Numbered from the stretch's first letter, positions 17,285-27,106 are shown. The stretch: 33,725 bases of DNA from Desulfonatronovibrionaceae bacterium (GCA_046539845.1 JBKHGE010000023.1:1-33725); one strand, 5' to 3'. Translations and numbers: made by a program. Notes: generated by a model not told the origin, from the sequence alone.

Positions 17285-18547
17285 TTATGTCCCTTCCTCC
17301 CAGGAGTTCAGGTATTCGATCTGCTCCGGGGTGAGTTCGTCGATACTCAGCCCCATGGCTTCAAGCTGGATCCCGGCGATTTCGTTGTCGATCTCTTCCG
17401 GGAGCTGCAGCACCTTGGCCGGGAGATTACCCCGGTTTTTGACTCCGTATTCGCAGGCCATGGCCTGACCGCAGAAAGAGGTGGACATGACCTCGCTGGG
17501 ATGCCCTTCGGCCGCGGACAGATTGACCAGCCGGCCTTCGCCGAGGACAAAGATCTTTTTGCCCTCAACCGTGAACTCGTCCATGAAAGGACGGATCCTT
17601 TTGCCCTCCCCGGCCTTTTCCCGCAGGGTGTCCAGTTCGATTTCATTGTCGAAATGACCGGAGTTGCAGATTATGGCCCCGTTATGCATCATCTTCATGT
17701 GCTCGTAGCTTATGACGTGCTTGTTCCCGGTCACCGTGCAGAAGATGTCCCCGATGCGGGCAGCTTCATTCATGGGCATGACCCGGAAACCGTCATAGGC
17801 GGCCTGCAAAGCGCAGAAATTGTCCACCTCGGTGACTATGACATTGGCCCCCAGCCCGGTGGCCCGCTTGGCCACGCCCTTGCCGCAGCTGCCGTAGCCG
17901 ACGACCACAAAGGTTTTGCCGGCCATGAGTACGTTTGTGGCCCTGAGAATGCCGTCGATAGTGGACTGGCCCGTGCCGTAGAAGTTGTCCACCAGGTGCT
18001 TGGTCTTGTTGTCATTGACCGCGATCATCGGGTACTTGAGGGCGTTGTCCTTTTCCATGGCCTTGAGCCGGATTATACCCGTGGTGGTCTCCTCGCATCC
18101 GCAGATGATATCCGGGATGAGTTCCGGATTGCTCTTGTGGATCTCGGAGACCAGGTCGCAGCCGTCGTCAATGGTTATCTGCGGCTTACTCTGGATCACG
18201 TTGTGCAGGTAGCGATAGTAGTCCTCACCGGTCTCGCCCTTGTACGCCCAGACCTTGACCCCTTCGTCGGCCAGGGCGGCGGCTACGTCGTCCTGAGTGG
18301 ACAGAGGATTGCAGCCGGTTATGGACACCTCGGCCCCGCCGGCAATCAAGGTCCGGATCAGTATGCCGGTCTCTTTGGTCACATGCAGGGCCAAACCGAT
18401 CCTGACCCCCTGCAGGGGCTTTTCAGCTGCAAACCGTTCCCTTACCTTTAAAAGCGCGCCCATGTTCAGCTCGGCCAGATCCAGGTTATGTCTTCCTTGG
18501 GCAGCAAGGGACATGTCTTTCACTTCGTAATGGTTTCCTTTGTCCAT
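17285..18547 (-). CDS. ahcY: S-adenosylhomocysteine hydrolase
   Basis: LHVTKET, CNPLSTQD, DDGCDL, EETTTG, KHLVDN.YGTGQS, GYGSCGKG, GRLVNL..AEGHPSEVM. Confidence 0.97.
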   Translation of the reverse strand: MDKGNHYEVKDMSLAAQGRHNLDLAELNMGALLKVRERFAAEKPLQGVRIGLALHVTKETGILIRTLIAGGAEVSITGCNPLSTQDDVAAALADEGVKVWAYKGETGEDYYRYLHNVIQSKPQITIDDGCDLVSEIHKSNPELIPDIICGCEETTTGIIRLKAMEKDNALKYPMIAVNDNKTKHLVDNFYGTGQSTIDGILRATNVLMAGKTFVVVGYGSCGKGVAKRATGLGANVIVTEVDNFCALQAAYDGFRVMPMNEAARIGDIFCTVTGNKHVISYEHMKMMHNGAIICNSGHFDNEIELDTLREKAGEGKRIRPFMDEFTVEGKKIFVLGEGRLVNLSAAEGHPSEVMSTSFCGQAMACEYGVKNRGNLPAKVLQLPEEIDNEIAGIQLEAMGLSIDELTPEQIEYLNSWEEGT

Positions 18548-18583
18548 TTCTTCTCCTTTATTTAGTTTTGCTTCGTTTTGATT

Positions 18584-21001
18584 CTATGCGGAACCGACGA
18601 GTTTCTGCGCAGTCTTGACCGCGTTCACTGCATCAGTGGAAAAACCGTCGGCCCCTATTCTGGAAGCGAATTCCTCAGTGATCACCGCCCCCCCGATCAT
18701 GACCTTTATGCCCGTGTCCTTTTCCCGCAAGAGGTCGATGGTGTCCTGCATCCGGACCATGGTAGTGGTCATGAGTGCGGACAGACCCACGATATCCGCC
18801 TCCTGCTCTATGGCTTCCCGGACTATGTTCTTTGCAGGCACATCCTTGCCCAGATCAATGACCTCAAAGCCGTGGTTGCGCAAAAGTAGACAGACGATGT
18901 TCTTGCCTATGTCGTGGATATCGCCTTCTACAGTGGCCATGATGATTTTTTTGCTCTTTTCGCTGTCCGCCCCGCCTTCCAGATGGGGTTTGACCCGGGC
19001 GAAACCCTCCTGCATAGTCTCTGCGGAGAGCAGGAGCTGGGGGAGGAAATATTCTTTTTTTTCGTATTTTTCCCCGACTTCAATAATCCCGGGGATGAGC
19101 TGGTCGTTAACAATATTGAACGGCTTTTCTCCGCTATCCAGCTCCCTTTGCACCAATTCCTGTATGTTTTCTTTGTCCCCTTTGAGTACTGCTTCCTGTA
19201 AAACCGGCCTTTCTCTTTTCTCGGCCCCGGGTTTTGGGTCTGTGCCGGTGCTCGAGCCGCCGCCGTGGCGCCAGTCGGAATAGCCGTGGATAAAGGCCGA
19301 GGCCTGGGGATCCCTGCCCATGAGTACCTCGGACGCGGCCATTGCCTCCCGGATGCTGGCTGTGTTCGGATTGGCGATGCAGCTGCTTAAGCCCGTGGAA
19401 ACAGCCATGCTCAAGAAATTGGCGTTCAAGAGTTCTCTGGCCGGAAGGCCGAAAGAGATATTGGACAGTCCCAAGGTGGTGCACAAGCCGAGTTTGTCCC
19501 TGCAGTAGCGGATGGTCTCCAGACAGGCCCGGGCCGCCTCCGGCTTGGAAGAGACCGCCAGGGCCAGGACATCGACCATGATCAGCCGTTTGGGTATACC
19601 CAGGTCCTGGGCCCGCTGCAGCAGATCTTCTATAATCCGGATCCGGTCCCTGGATTCAACCGGGAGATCGCCCCCGCAAAGGGGCAGCAAAATGAAGGCC
19701 GAACCGTATTTTCGGCACAACGGCCCGAGTTCGTTCATTTTGTTCCCTTCACCGCTGATGGAGTTTATAAGAGCGGTGCCCGGATATTCCTCCAGGGCGG
19801 CAGAAATGGCCGCCGGGTCGGAGGAGTCCAGACACAGGGGTGCGGAGTGCCTCCTGGTCAGCTCCTGAACCAGGCGGGGCATTACCCGGGCCTCGTTGAC
19901 CATGGGGGCGCCGACATTGACATCCAAAATCGAGGCCCCGGCCTCCACCTGCTCCCGGGCCAGCCGCAGGGCCTCGGACAGGGTCTCTTCCTGTAGCTGT
20001 GCGGACAGGGTCTTTTTACCGGTGGGGTTGATCCTCTCCCCGATGCACACCGTGGGATGTTCCGGCCCCATAGGGACTGAGTTTCCTCTGGAGGTCAAAA
20101 TCAGATCCGGATGCTGACCGGCCCGGGGCAGGGAAATTTTTTTGTTCGCGCATTTTTCTTGCAATCGCCGGATATGGGCCGGAGAAGTCCCGCAGCATCC
20201 GCCCAGAAGAGAAGCGCCCATGTCCGCGAATACCGCGGTCAGCTCCGCAAATTCTTCCGGTCCCATCCGGAAAACGGTCTCCCCGTTTTCCAGTTCCGGT
20301 AGTCCGGCGTTGGGTTCCACCAGCAAAGGGGTGTTTAAGCGCACGAGCATGCGCTCCACGACATCCTTGAACTGGGCCGGGCCCGCACTGCAATTGGTGC
20401 CTATGATGTCCGCGCCCAGGTTCTGCATGGTGTCCACAAAGGTAAGCGGGTCCGTACCGGTAAGGCTGGTCCCGTTTTCAAAGGTCATGGACACGGCCAC
20501 CGGCAGATCGCAGACTTCGCGGGCAGCGATGACCACGGCCCTGGCTTCGGAGAGATCGAAGTGGGTCTCGGCCAGGATGAAATCCGCTCCGCCCTGGGCC
20601 AGGCCCTTGATCTGTTCTTTGTATGCCCGGACCAGATCCGGAAATCTGGCATCGCCCAGGGGGGCGAGCATCTCCCCGGTGGGACCGGCGGTCCCGGCCA
20701 CCCAGGCCCAATCCCCGGCCACTTCACGGGCCACACCGGCCATATGCCGGTTGAAGTCGGTTACGTCCACACCGGGTTCGAGCTTGTATCCGGTGGCCCC
20801 GAACGTGTTCGTGGTCAGGACGTTTGCCCCGGCCTCCAGATACTGGGAATGTACCGCGGCTATGGCTTGGGGATTTTTCCTCCCGAAGTCCTCCGGGGAT
20901 TCGCCGGGTCCGAGCCCTTCTTTTTGGAGTAGGGTGCCCATGGCCCCGTCAAACACGAGCATGTTTCCCCTGCGGATATGTTCAAGGATGCTGGTTTTCA
21001 T
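18584..21001 (-). CDS. metH: Cobalamin-dependent methionine synthase without the C-terminal reactivation domain
   Basis: Homocysteine domain (DGAMGT, NCS, GGCCG), pterin domain (IGERINPTGK, GLSNISFGLP), B12 domain (TVEGDIHDIGKN, SALMTTT, GGA); ends at 805 aa. Confidence 0.93.
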   Translation of the reverse strand: MKTSILEHIRRGNMLVFDGAMGTLLQKEGLGPGESPEDFGRKNPQAIAAVHSQYLEAGANVLTTNTFGATGYKLEPGVDVTDFNRHMAGVAREVAGDWAWVAGTAGPTGEMLAPLGDARFPDLVRAYKEQIKGLAQGGADFILAETHFDLSEARAVVIAAREVCDLPVAVSMTFENGTSLTGTDPLTFVDTMQNLGADIIGTNCSAGPAQFKDVVERMLVRLNTPLLVEPNAGLPELENGETVFRMGPEEFAELTAVFADMGASLLGGCCGTSPAHIRRLQEKCANKKISLPRAGQHPDLILTSRGNSVPMGPEHPTVCIGERINPTGKKTLSAQLQEETLSEALRLAREQVEAGASILDVNVGAPMVNEARVMPRLVQELTRRHSAPLCLDSSDPAAISAALEEYPGTALINSISGEGNKMNELGPLCRKYGSAFILLPLCGGDLPVESRDRIRIIEDLLQRAQDLGIPKRLIMVDVLALAVSSKPEAARACLETIRYCRDKLGLCTTLGLSNISFGLPARELLNANFLSMAVSTGLSSCIANPNTASIREAMAASEVLMGRDPQASAFIHGYSDWRHGGGSSTGTDPKPGAEKRERPVLQEAVLKGDKENIQELVQRELDSGEKPFNIVNDQLIPGIIEVGEKYEKKEYFLPQLLLSAETMQEGFARVKPHLEGGADSEKSKKIIMATVEGDIHDIGKNIVCLLLRNHGFEVIDLGKDVPAKNIVREAIEQEADIVGLSALMTTTMVRMQDTIDLLREKDTGIKVMIGGAVITEEFASRIGADGFSTDAVNAVKTAQKLVGSA

Positions 21002-21004
21002 TTA

Positions 21005-21847
21005 CTAGACGTTGTTTTCCTTTTTTAGAACAAATATGCCCCAGACCAGGTTCCCGGATTTGCCGCCGTTCACCCAGTTTTGCAGGCCCGTTTTCATGTT
21101 GTTGATATACTCGGGGGAAACGCTTTTCAAGAGTTCGTCCTCCATGTTTGCGGTTTCCTCCAGTATCCGGCCGTAATGGGTGATCATCTGGTCCGTGTAG
21201 TTTTCGAACTTCCTTTCCTTGAGCCCGTATTTTTCTCCGGTTTCCCGGTAAAATCCTGGAGAACCCATGCTTTCCAGGTGGATGCGGTCGTAGATGGGCT
21301 GCAGATCATTGCAGTTGCAGTCATCGGACTGCATGGGATCGGTGAAGATAAACTCCCCGCCCGTCTTGAGCACTCGGGAGACCTCGTGGATGACCTTTTC
21401 CCGATTCCCGCTATGCAGGATTGCATCCTGGGACCAGACCAGGTCGAAGGAATCGTCCGGGTAGGGGATGTCCTCGAAGCTGCCGTCTTTCACCTCTATC
21501 AGGTGTTCCACTCCCTGTTTTTTGTTTTTTTCCCGGTTCCTTTCGTTTTCCTTCTCGCTTAAGTTCAGGCAGCACACCCGGCAGCCGTACTTTTTGGCCA
21601 GGTATCTGGCTGCCCCGCCGTATCCGGCCCCGATATCCAGGACCCGGGACCCAGCATTCAGGGTTTCGGAACAATTGGCCATGGCGGCCACAGTCTTTCT
21701 ACTGGCCTCGAACACCGAATCCTGAGGCGAGTCATAAAGTCCGATATGGATGTCCTCGCCGCCCCATACCTTGTAATAAAAGGTATCCGCGTCTTGGCTG
21801 TTGTAATAATTGCGTGCGGTCTGCACTGGTGCTGTATATGTCTGCAT
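21005..21847 (-). CDS. sdmt: Sarcosine/dimethylglycine N-methyltransferase
   Basis: YYNSQDADTFY..WGGEDIHIGLY, LDIGAGYGGAARYLA, WSQDAILHSG, FTDPMQ, IYDRIHL, WGIF; ATG 21847 with AGGAGG RBS. Confidence 0.92.
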   Translation of the reverse strand: MQTYTAPVQTARNYYNSQDADTFYYKVWGGEDIHIGLYDSPQDSVFEASRKTVAAMANCSETLNAGSRVLDIGAGYGGAARYLAKKYGCRVCCLNLSEKENERNREKNKKQGVEHLIEVKDGSFEDIPYPDDSFDLVWSQDAILHSGNREKVIHEVSRVLKTGGEFIFTDPMQSDDCNCNDLQPIYDRIHLESMGSPGFYRETGEKYGLKERKFENYTDQMITHYGRILEETANMEDELLKSVSPEYINNMKTGLQNWVNGGKSGNLVWGIFVLKKENNV

Positions 21848-21848
21848 T

Positions 21849-22673
21849 TTATAAGTCCTCCTCTTTTTTGGGGATGTATTCCTTTTCCGCGACATGGATG
21901 TAATAGTCGGGGTCATCCTCTTTGTAGGTTTCCTTGAAGTCGCCGAAAGTCTCGATGGACTGGAAGCCCACCCCGTGCATCAGATCCTGCAGATATTTTT
22001 TGCGCAAGGGGAACATGTTCAGATAATACTCGGAGTTGTCCTTGTGGAAAACGTATTTGAACCGGGCCAGCCCCTCGTCAATATGTTCCGGTTCAGCAGA
22101 AACGGCATCCCCGCAGTAATAGTACTTGTGTTTGCAGGTGAAGCCGTGATCCAGCATGGAGTCGTAATTACGCTGATCCAGAATCAAGACGCCGTCGTGG
22201 CGCAGTGTGGCGTAGAATTCAGCCAAAGCTTTCCTGCGGTCCCTTTCCTCGAATAAATGAGTAAAGGAATTGCCCAAGCAGATGACCGCGTCGAATTCAC
22301 TGTGGATATCCCGGTTAAGCATTCTCCAGTCGGCCTGGACCGTGCGTAGCATGACTCCGTGGTCGCGGGCGTTAGAAAAGGCCTGAGTGAGCATTTCCGG
22401 GTTTCCGTCCGCGCTGATTACCTCGAATCCGGCCTTTAAAAGGCGAACTGAATGGAAGCCGGTTCCGGTAGCTACGTCCAAAACCCTTTTGGCTCCGCGT
22501 TTTTTAAGTTCCCGAATGTAGAAATCACCTTCGTTTTTGGCCCTGGATTCCCAATCGATGAGTTCGTCCCACTTTTCCACAAAGGGTTTGACGTACTCTT
22601 CCTGATAGTGACCGGACTCCCTGACTTTGATCGGGTCTTTGCCAAAATTTTGTTTTTGATTTTCAACCGACAT
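21849..22673 (-). CDS. gsmt: Glycine/sarcosine N-methyltransferase
   Basis: FVEKWDELIDWE.RA, LDVATGTGFHSVRL, CLGNSFTHLF, DQRNYD, HKYYYCG, GLARF.Y, LNMFPLRK. Confidence 0.94.
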   Translation of the reverse strand: MSVENQKQNFGKDPIKVRESGHYQEEYVKPFVEKWDELIDWESRAKNEGDFYIRELKKRGAKRVLDVATGTGFHSVRLLKAGFEVISADGNPEMLTQAFSNARDHGVMLRTVQADWRMLNRDIHSEFDAVICLGNSFTHLFEERDRRKALAEFYATLRHDGVLILDQRNYDSMLDHGFTCKHKYYYCGDAVSAEPEHIDEGLARFKYVFHKDNSEYYLNMFPLRKKYLQDLMHGVGFQSIETFGDFKETYKEDDPDYYIHVAEKEYIPKKEEDL

Positions 22674-22700
22674 ATTTACCTCCTTAGGTAGGATTAGAGA

Positions 22701-23624
22701 TTAGCTGATTTCCTGCAACCGCTTACCCACCTCTTCCGGAGTGAAGGTATGGGCCTGAGTGCCGTGTTTTTCCACGCAGAAGCTGGCGCAGACCGCTCCC
22801 AATCTGGCCGCTTCCTCCAGCGGCAAATCCTGGGAAAGCCCCTTTATGACACCGGCCCGGAATGCGTCCCCGGCCCCGGTGGGGTCGGGTGCATTTTCCA
22901 CTTTGACCGCGGGCACAGGATGTTCTCCGGTTTTGTTGATTATCCTCCCTCCTTTTTCCCCCAGAGTGACAATTATGTTCTCGGTAAGCTCCAGGATCCT
23001 GGCATGTGAAAGACCGGTCTTCTGGCAGACCTGTTCCAGTTCGTAGTCGTTGCAGACAAGGATAAGCGATCCGTGCATCATTCGGCGCAGTTCCTCCCCG
23101 CTCAAAGCAGGGATGGACTGGCCGGGGTCACAGATAAAAGGGATTTTCTCTTTCCGGAATTTTTCCGGGTAATGCTGCATGTCCTGGAGATTGCCCGGAG
23201 AAACAATGGCCAGGCAGTTGTCCCGGGCGAAGCCGTTTACTTCCTGGTTGCAGGGGTAGCCCATGGCTCCGGGGTTGAAGCCGATTATCTGGTTGTCGTT
23301 CTGGTCTGTGGTTATGTACGCGCTGGCAGTGGGGACATCCTGCAGCGTACGTATTCCTTGGGTGGAGAGGTCGTTTTTCTCCAGCCAATCCTTGTATTCG
23401 CCGAAATCCTTGCCCGCGGTAGCGAAGATCACCGGTTTTTCCTCCAGCAGGCGCAGGTTGTAGGCGATATTCCCGGCGGTCCCGCCAAACTTTTCCTCCA
23501 TGCCGTTGACCATAAAGCAGACGTTTAGCATGTGGATCTTATCCGGCAGGATGTGATCCGAGAATTTGCCCGGGAAGGGCATTATCCTGTCCAAAGCGAG
23601 CGAACCAGATACAATAATGTCCAT
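22701..23624 (-). CDS. PfkB-family kinase, probable adenosine kinase
   Basis: SGSLALD.IM.FPGKF.DHILPD, FGGTAGNIAY, PfkB signature DPTGAGDAFRAG; resembles bacterial (mycobacterial-type) adenosine kinases and lies in an operon with ahcY. Confidence 0.82.
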   Translation of the reverse strand: MDIIVSGSLALDRIMPFPGKFSDHILPDKIHMLNVCFMVNGMEEKFGGTAGNIAYNLRLLEEKPVIFATAGKDFGEYKDWLEKNDLSTQGIRTLQDVPTASAYITTDQNDNQIIGFNPGAMGYPCNQEVNGFARDNCLAIVSPGNLQDMQHYPEKFRKEKIPFICDPGQSIPALSGEELRRMMHGSLILVCNDYELEQVCQKTGLSHARILELTENIIVTLGEKGGRIINKTGEHPVPAVKVENAPDPTGAGDAFRAGVIKGLSQDLPLEEAARLGAVCASFCVEKHGTQAHTFTPEEVGKRLQEIS

Positions 23625-23644
23625 GATTAATTCCTATTTCGATT

Positions 23645-24814
23645 TTATACCTTGCAGGCGGTTCTCAGGTCGTCGACAGCGTCGGCCTTCTCCCAAAGGA
23701 ATTCCGGGTGTTCGCGGCCGAAATGACCGTAATTGGTAGTCTGTCTGTAGATGGGCCGAAGCAGGTTCAGCCGTTTGATAACGTAGTAGGGCCGCATGTC
23801 GAATACTTCCCGGACTGCCTTGGTCAGGGTCTCGTCGTCTACTTCCCCGGTCCCTCGGGAAGTGACCACCACTGAAACCGGATCAGCCACCCCGATGGCA
23901 TAGGCGATCTGCACCTCGCAGCAGTCCGCAAGGCCGGCGGCGACCACATTTTTGGCGATATACCTGGCCATATATGCCCCGGAGCGGTCCACCTTGGAGG
24001 GGTCTTTTCCGGAGAATGCACCGCCGCCGTGGGCCCCCTGGCCGCCGTATGTGTCCTGGATGATCTTGCGGCCGGTGAGTCCACAGTCGCCCATGGGTCC
24101 GCCGACCACAAAGCGGCCGGTGGGATTGATATAAATAGTGGTATCTTTGTCTATGAGGTCCTCGGGGATGGTCCTGTTGACCACTTCCTCCCGGATGGCG
24201 TCCTGAAGATCGGAATAGGATATTTTGTCCGTGTGCTGGGAGGAGATGACTATGTTCTCGATTCCCACCGGCTGGTCACCCTCGTATTTAACCGCCACCT
24301 GGGTCTTTCCATCCGGGCGCAAAAAATCCAGGATGCCGTTTTTGCGCACATAGGCCAGCCTGCGGGAGAGCTTGTGTGCCCAGTAGATCGGGGCGGGCAT
24401 GAGCTTATCCGTTTCCCTGCAGGCGAAACCGAACATCATCCCCTGATCCCCGGCACCCTGTTCTTCCGGTTTCTTGCGGTTCACGCCCTGGGCAATATCC
24501 GGGGACTGTTTGTCTATACTGGAAATGACCGAGCAGGTCTCCCAGTCAAAGCCCATATCCGAATGGTTGTAGCCGATATCCCGGATGGTGTTCCTGGCAA
24601 TCTCCTGCAGGTCGGCAAACGCCTCGGTTCCGATCTCCCCGCCGATAAACACCAGGCCGGTTGTGGCCAGAGTCTCACAGGCCACCTTGGCATTGGGGTC
24701 CTGGTCCAGGATGCAGTCCAGGACGGCATCGGAAATGGCATCCGCCACTTTGTCCGGGTGACCCTCGGTCACTGACTCGGACGTGAAAACGTATTTACCG
24801 TTGTTCTTGATCAT
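23645..24814 (-). CDS. metK: S-adenosylmethionine synthetase
   Basis: [48 protein letters not shown]. Confidence 0.98.
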   Translation of the reverse strand: MIKNNGKYVFTSESVTEGHPDKVADAISDAVLDCILDQDPNAKVACETLATTGLVFIGGEIGTEAFADLQEIARNTIRDIGYNHSDMGFDWETCSVISSIDKQSPDIAQGVNRKKPEEQGAGDQGMMFGFACRETDKLMPAPIYWAHKLSRRLAYVRKNGILDFLRPDGKTQVAVKYEGDQPVGIENIVISSQHTDKISYSDLQDAIREEVVNRTIPEDLIDKDTTIYINPTGRFVVGGPMGDCGLTGRKIIQDTYGGQGAHGGGAFSGKDPSKVDRSGAYMARYIAKNVVAAGLADCCEVQIAYAIGVADPVSVVVTSRGTGEVDDETLTKAVREVFDMRPYYVIKRLNLLRPIYRQTTNYGHFGREHPEFLWEKADAVDDLRTACKV

Positions 24815-24931
24815 GATTTAAACCTCCTTTTCGCCCCGTTATATATAGGCTGAATTGGGGCCTTGGTTTTAATTGCGTTCCCTGACGGAACTCCCGGATA
24901 CATAAGTCCGGGTGTATGACTCGTGGTTAAT

Positions 24932-25801
24932 TCAGAACGGACAGTTATTGATGATGTCCAGGGAGGGTTGGGCCCGGTTAAGGGTGTACAGGTGTACCCC
25001 CGGCGCCCCTTTTTCCAAGAGGTCGTTTATCTGTTCGGCAGCAAAATCGATTCCGAATTTGAGCACGCCTTCCGGCCCCTGGTTTTCCTTTATCTTTTCC
25101 ACTTCCAAAAACAGCGAACCCGGAATCATGGTCCCGGATACGGACAAGATGTACCGGAGGGAATTAAAGCTCAGTATGGGCAGCACCCCGGGAATTACCG
25201 GACATTCGATCCCTAATCCCTGCAATCGGTCCACAAAATCGAAGTATTGCCGGTTGTCAAAAAAGAATTGGGTGTGCAGGAGGTCCACCCCTTTTTCCAC
25301 TTTGTGTTTGAGCCAGTAGAGGTCCTCCTTGATGCTCGGTGACTCCGGATGTGCCCCAGGATAAGCGGCTGCCGCCACACACAGGTCCGGGTTCTGGGCC
25401 TTGAGGAATTCCACCAGCTCCGAGGCGTAATCGAATTCTCCGTTGCCTGTCCTGGCTTCCGGATCCCGGGGTTGGTCCCCGCGCAGGGCCAGCACATTGT
25501 CGATCCCGACTTCCGAGATCTCTTGTAAAAACCCTTTCAGTTCCTCCCGGCTGGAGTTAACACAGGTCTGATGGACCATGACCTCCAGGCCGTGGTCCTG
25601 CTTCATGGTCCGGGCCACGGGCATGGTATTGCCCCGGCCGGTTCCACCCGCACCGCAGGTAATGGATACAAAATCCGGCCCGGACCGGCTGAGTTGTTCC
25701 ACGTTCTCCCAGAATCTCGGATATTTTTCCTCCTCTTTGGGTGGGAAGAATTCCAGGGAGAGCGATCGGTGCTTGTCTCTGATCTTATCAAGTATGCGCA
25801 T
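24932..25801 (-). CDS. metF: Methylenetetrahydrofolate reductase
   Basis: SLEFFPPK, PDFVSIT.GAGG, NVLALRGD, AAYP..HPES, TQFFFD, GVHLYTLN. Confidence 0.94.
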   Translation of the reverse strand: MRILDKIRDKHRSLSLEFFPPKEEEKYPRFWENVEQLSRSGPDFVSITCGAGGTGRGNTMPVARTMKQDHGLEVMVHQTCVNSSREELKGFLQEISEVGIDNVLALRGDQPRDPEARTGNGEFDYASELVEFLKAQNPDLCVAAAAYPGAHPESPSIKEDLYWLKHKVEKGVDLLHTQFFFDNRQYFDFVDRLQGLGIECPVIPGVLPILSFNSLRYILSVSGTMIPGSLFLEVEKIKENQGPEGVLKFGIDFAAEQINDLLEKGAPGVHLYTLNRAQPSLDIINNCPF

Positions 25802-25973
25802 CTTTAATTCTCCAGACTCTTTTTTTCAGGCCCATAATAGAGGCTTCGTATTTTTTACGCATGTCAGATGCCAAACCAAAAGAAAACAGTTGAAAAGGGT
25901 ATTATCAAAAATTTAGTGATTGCGTAGTGAAATTCAGTTTGAAAACACGGGTTGGGCGCCTGTTAGGTTTGTG

Positions 25974-26001
25974 ACCATAGCGTATTATTTGTGCTTGTCA
26001 A
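25974..26001 (-). promoter_or_regulatory. Putative sigma70 promoter of the metF-ahcY operon
   Basis: TTGACA-N16-TATGGT on the minus strand, with a very AT-rich tract immediately upstream. Confidence 0.55.
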
Positions 26002-27076
26002 GAAATGTTTTTAAAGAAATTTTTAAGCAATTAAAAATGTAAAAATCAATAGAAAATATTAAAATTTATGCATTATAAGTATAATCATATATACTTTTAT
26101 TTGTTTTGTAGATTGAATAAATATCAAAACTAAAAAAATGCTGTTATATTTTAAATTTGTATATTATTTTTATGTAAAAGTTTAATATTTTTTCATTGTC
26201 TATATTGTTTAAATTTATAATAGTCGTCCTAAACCATGTAGGTTTTAGTTTAAATATTTTAAAAATAAAATTGTAATCGTATTTTTTTTGATTCGTAATG
26301 GTCCAGGGATTATATCTGACTGGAAAAGAAGACAAGGATTTATGCAAGATTGTTGGGTCAATTCTCTTTCAAGGCCTCCAGAATAATGTCTATATAGGCC
26401 CAATAAAAAGTCGGTCCCAATAATATTTTTTTGTGCTTCAGGTGTTGGAGACCAAATTCAAAAAATCGTTTTCAAAGGCTTCCCCCGGATGGACAAATCC
26501 TTTTGCGATCCTGACATTGGCAGGTCTGGTCCGGGCTCGGCCAGCCATGAGGAGGCTCATGTCCGGGTCGGCCTTTATCCCCGCCCTCTGATCATCATCC
26601 CGGGGATGCTCCCGGAAATAGGTCGCTAATGCCCGGACCCTTGCCTGATCGCCAACCGGAGGTCTCAGCCGGAAAAGTGTTCTTTACCTTGGCCGATTAA
26701 ATTTTCTCCGGAGCCGGTCATGTTGACGGCAGTGATCATTATTCAGGGCCTTGGACATCCAGTGGGTTTATTTTGTGGTTTATATCTGGGATGTTACATA
26801 TCCGGGTATCCGCATAAAGTCCTTGCTATGCTTGTGCACTGTCTGCCTTGTATGCTTAGTTGCGTAAGCATTGCTTGATGTTGCTGTAGTGAAACTTGTA
26901 TTCAGAGTCATTTTTTTTCATTTCCACCCGGCAGGTTTTGTTCTTCAAGTCTCACAACAGATGTTATTTTCTTTTTAAGAATACAAGGTATTCTGTTTTG
27001 TCTGCAAAGCGTATTTCTCTTTGCGTTCTACTGATAGAAGGCTATATTGTCTGCTTAGAGTAATTCGATGCATCCC

Positions 27077-27106
27077 TTGACATTGATTTCAATGTCTGTT
27101 TATTTT
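27077..27106 (+). promoter_or_regulatory. Putative proVW promoter overlapped by a palindromic operator
   Basis: TTGACA 27077-27082 overlaps GACATTGA-TT-TCAATGTC (27079-27096); weak -10 candidate TATTTT 27101-27106. Confidence 0.55.

Noticed and set aside
15981..18451. Long plus-strand ORFs 15981-17096 and 17279-18451, and similar antisense ORFs elsewhere
   Set aside because: They are shadows of well-supported genes on the opposite strand, expected with GC-rich codon usage.
21848..21916. Longer SDMT start at 21916, or a GSMT-SDMT fusion
   Set aside because: gsmt has a clean TAA, and ATG 21847 has its own AGGAGG RBS in a different frame.
25802..25975. SAM/SAH riboswitch or SahR operator upstream of metF (ATCA-N9-TGAT at 25904-25920)
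   Set aside because: No riboswitch core was recognised, and the palindrome is weak, with spacing that does not fit the SahR site as I recall it. A PWM or Rfam scan would settle it.
26144..26347. 67-aa ORF in the AT-rich tract, or a replication origin there
   Set aside because: The Asn/Ile/Lys/Phe bias simply reflects AT content. No DnaA boxes or origin-linked genes were seen.
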